Source of the DNA: Mitosporidium daphniae | Lineage: Eukaryota | Assembly: GCF_000760515.2 (NCBI RefSeq) | Contig: NW_013546567.1 | Location: 1-47,621 of the forward strand | Length of the DNA stretch: 47,621 nt | Reading direction: 5' to 3' | In this document: positions 44,195 to 47,621 of the stretch, piece after piece | Position numbering within the stretch: the stretch's first letter is position 1 | Layout: each line of letters starts with the position of its first letter | The notes under the pieces: model-generated | Database searches by the model: none | Seen by the model: the letters and a program-made list of their open reading frames with translations, nothing else | What the model was told of the DNA's origin: nothing | Position numbers and translations under genes: made by a program

Positions 44195-44632
44195 TGCCAG
44201 TTTAAAAAATTAAAATAAATTAAAATAAATTAAACCAACTTTTGGTTGAAATATGCTGCAACCTTCCCCTAACCCTACTTGAACGTTCCCACCTTGAGGG
44301 GGAGGGGGAGGGAGGCTGACACAATGAAAAGACGCTTTTTGACACCAAGAAATACATGCTCGGTGTTAATGAAGATTTGAACTCTATGTTTCGAGGAAAA
44401 CATAAGTTCTCAATTCGCGCCGAATCTGAGCTTGACGCTACAAAGGGGGCGTTGAGGGGTTCGGAAACATCCCAAGTTCCAAAAGGAGTGTGAACATGTC
44501 CATTTGGGCGGCGAATTTGGTGAAAAACTTTGTTTTTGCCCTTTTGTGCAAGTTTGGTTTGAAGCGCCTGATCCTGCGGCGTTGTAGAGATTATCAAATG
44601 GGGCGCTTTCGCTTTGAAGCAAACGTGCTAAA

Positions 44633-45304
44633 ATGGCAGAGCTTGAGATAAAATTTAATTTTATTGAAATGTTGATGGCATTGATTTCTCTCATCAGCCT
44701 AATGGTTTCGCCGTTCCTGGTCTCCGGTGAGGCGCTTACATATCGTCTTGGCCCGTATGAGGCTGCTTGCTTTTATCAGGCCATTGACGACATTGTCGAT
44801 AAACGTCTATTTTTTTACTTTGCCGTCCAGAAGGCAGGAACTGCCGGCGACTCGATAGAGGCTCGCGTCACGAATCCATCCGGGGTTCTAATTTGGCAAT
44901 CCGTGGATGTGTTTGGAGACCAATCATTTGAAGGGCTGGAGTTGGGCGAATACAAGCTTTGCTTTGACAATAAGGGGTCCTTTTCATCAAAAACGATCGA
45001 TTTTGATATAACAGTCTCTGTCGAGGACGAGTGGACACGGCCAACGGCAACGCCGTTTTCGTCTCCAAGAAGCTCGGCATTGGAGCAATCACTCACCAAC
45101 TTGGGCGTCGAGCTGCGAACGCTTCGCTCTTACCAGAGATATTTTAAGCAAAGAGACTCCCGAAACATGTTCACCGTCCAAGGCACGCTGTCCCTTATTA
45201 AATGGATGACCATCCTACAAATCCTCTCCAGCGTCGCAGCAGCTGCATTCCAGAGCCGTCTTTTGGATTCAATGTTTGCAGCCAGCCATGCCGTGCGTGT
45301 TTAG
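44633..45304 (+). CDS. p24/emp24/gp25L GOLD-domain cargo receptor
   Basis: Signal peptide, ACFY, GEYKLCFDN, coiled coil YQRYFKQRDSRN, C-terminal TM with Q. Confidence 0.92.
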   Translation: MAELEIKFNFIEMLMALISLISLMVSPFLVSGEALTYRLGPYEAACFYQAIDDIVDKRLFFYFAVQKAGTAGDSIEARVTNPSGVLIWQSVDVFGDQSFEGLELGEYKLCFDNKGSFSSKTIDFDITVSVEDEWTRPTATPFSSPRSSALEQSLTNLGVELRTLRSYQRYFKQRDSRNMFTVQGTLSLIKWMTILQILSSVAAAAFQSRLLDSMFAASHAVRV

Positions 45305-45476
45305 CTAAACATAAACGTGTTATATATGTAATACACATGCTGAGATGATCTTTTATTTTGCCAATTAGAGTCAAATGGATGCGCCAAAGCCGACTTGAAT
45401 ATTGCGTGTCGAAAATTTCATCCGCCGGGACATGCAATTCAAAATTACATGGCAAGAAACGCGCAGCTTTAGTGGG

Positions 45477-46485
45477 CTAAAGGGCCTGAGCGGAAATCCC
45501 CATAATACAATCATTTCCTTGGGTGAGCCCACCAAAAACATAACCGTTGGCGCGGTCTGCAGCCCGCAATATACGCAACATTGAATCTTTATCTTCCACA
45601 GCAACCAGCATATGGTGGAGGTATGGCATATCTTCGACCAGTTCCTCCAACAAATACCAAAGCCTGTGTTGGGATTTTCGAGTCGTAGTTTTACGCATAA
45701 CATTTGATTCTATAAAACAATCAGGGGCCTTTGAATCGGCAGCATTAATTTCTGTCGATGTGCCCGAATCAGGACCGAAATCGGGATCGAAATCGTTGCA
45801 AATTTTATCCAGCCCTGGATCCTCTCGCTCGAGGGCAAGATTCTCCTTTTCTGATGGGGTCAACAAATCTGTCTTTGAAAAAGCATTAATAAAAGGCAGC
45901 TCTATTGATGCCATTGCAGTCAGACAAAGAAGTTTCGAAGAAACTAGCCGCTCTTTGGTGAAGATCGCGGTGGTGGCATCGACAAGGCAAATTGCCACTA
46001 GCCGAAATTGAAGGCTTTTTTCAAGCAACAATATTAGCTGGAAAAGGTAAGGCTCGTTGGTTATAAGCTCAGCTTGCCCTGGAAAATCAAATATAAAATA
46101 GGGGACTTCGCCATCTTCTTCTACATCCTTCTCATTTTGGGTAATGATGCTTTTGAGTCGCGAAAGGAACCAGGTACAATTGGGCGGAGCAACAAGCATT
46201 CGCATTGCCTCAACAAGCGCTAAGGATCAAAAGACTAAAAATACCTGCATTTGGGCCGATCGAAAGCCTACCCATCAAATCCCATTGCGAACAAATTTCA
46301 GTCACATCTACCGCCGGCGTGTATCTTGCAGGGGCATCTTCTACCGGAGGGAACATCATGCTTCCAGGGTCTAGATTTATCACATGACACTTTCTTCCTA
46401 GGGACTGGAGAAGCTGCTGCATGCCCGTGCAAAAGGTCGACTTTCCAGCGCCGGCGGGTCCGATCACTATTTGTCCAAATGGCAT
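45477..46485 (-). CDS. GPN2: GPN-loop GTPase 2
   Basis: MPFGQIVIGPAGAGKST, INLDP, GPN, DFPGQAEL, ADRANGYVFG; intron 46220-46244. Confidence 0.88.
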
Positions 46486-46617
46486 GTTGAAAGAAGGACC
46501 GTCGCCGTTTAATGTCAAATAAAGCTCTCCAAACCCTCAAATTTTAATTTACCAATCAAGCAGGCTTACGACGAGTTAAATTTCCAGACAATTTATTGGA
46601 ATTTCGCCGTGTAACAT

Positions 46618-47612
46618 ATGGTACACATATCACTTGCTGGAGCGATTGCCTCATCCATCGCAGCATTTGTTCTCCAGCCGCTAGACGTTATCAAAACCCG
46701 GCTTCAAGAGTCTCCCTCTTCATCGATAGCATCTTCCGTTAAAAAAGGCCATTTGTGGCGAGGATTACGTATTCTGCTACATTTCTTTCTTAGTTCCTAC
46801 TCTTCTACGAAACGCACCTGGATCTGCATCGTATTTTGTGGTTCTTGAGTTTTGTCAGGTGAGCGCTCGGGCTTTAGCCGGGGGTGCTCCAACATCATTG
46901 ACGAAAATTCTCGTCGATAGAGAAGAAAAACTCAGCAATGCTGCTAGGTTTTCTTGTGGTGCATTCTCGCGGTCTTTTGTTGGCTTCATTTTTATGCCCG
47001 TATCGGTAATAAAGACCCGTCTAGAGGTAAATATGGCCAGGCTCCTTTCGTAGAGTGCCGAGTTTATTTCTGAAAAGCTCCTCAATTCTTGCAAAACCCT
47101 CTTTCGGCAGCGTGGTATTAAAGGTACAGTGAATCCTTTAACATTTAAGGTTAGATCTTGCTCCTAATTTTATAAAGGGTTTTTCGCTGGAACAATGCCC
47201 ACCGTCATTAGGGACGCTCCATATGCGGGGATTTATTTTGCCGTATATGAGTCCTGTAAGGATACTCTATTTAAAGGCAAAAAGGGCATCTTTGAATCAG
47301 CTCTTTCCGGTGTGTCTCCATTGGATTTATCTCGCTAGGATTGATAGCTTCTGGATTTGCGTCTGTCATTACACATCCTTTTGATGTGCTCAAAACTAGA
47401 ATGCAGTTGCAACCAACTTTGGGGATAAAAGAGGCACTCTTGCAATCAACAGTATTGATTGTCTTGGCTATTTTTAGGGACATCAAAATTTCCTTAAAAT
47501 CATGTATTCCGGATTTGGCCCTCGGGTTGTCAAAAAGGGGCTCAATGCAGCGATCGTGTGGTCCCTGTATGAACATCTGGCAGATTTAAATCACGTTACT
47601 GGTGTCAGGTAA
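46618..47612 (+). CDS. HEM25: Mitochondrial glycine carrier SLC25A38/Hem25; may continue past window
   Basis: QPLDVIKTRLQ, MPVSVIKTRLE, RDAPYAGIY, HPFDVLKTRMQ; introns 46769-46793, 47027-47053, 47124-47177, 47310-47338, 47452-47477. Confidence 0.88.
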
Positions 47613-47621
47613 AGCATGTTA

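Noticed and set aside
44220..44597. 125-aa minus-strand ORF upstream of EBP2
   Set aside because: TTG start, no recognisable motif and no convincing exon chain.

Overview
Gene-dense eukaryotic nuclear DNA with about 45 genes and roughly 75 hand-inferred spliceosomal introns, mostly 23-35 nt. Intergenic spaces are often under 100 nt. Protein content is fungal-like (Cet1-type triphosphatase, Rim4-, Gfd2- and Hem25-like genes) and mitochondrial genes are retained (ATP1, LIP5). This suggests a compact early-diverging fungal or Rozellomycota/basal-microsporidian genome such as Mitosporidium; that is an inference, not a database result. Splicing by hand recovers genes the ORF track misses or fragments: HIT1/ZNHIT3, BLOS1, RAMP4, TRAP-gamma, a securin-like gene and a third R-SNARE. 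The main unusual signals concern RNA processing. Two introns (gamma-tubulin, WRAP53) restore conserved protein sequence only with non-canonical GA-AG boundaries, and one needs GC-AG. A pair of back-to-back mini-introns in HEM25 flanks a zero-length exon. An in-frame TGA occupies a conserved Trp position in the Pol I factor RRN7. A U18/snR18 C/D snoRNA lies in the longest intron. All homology calls are from recalled family motifs. The sequence has four N bases, so single-base anomalies may be assembly errors.
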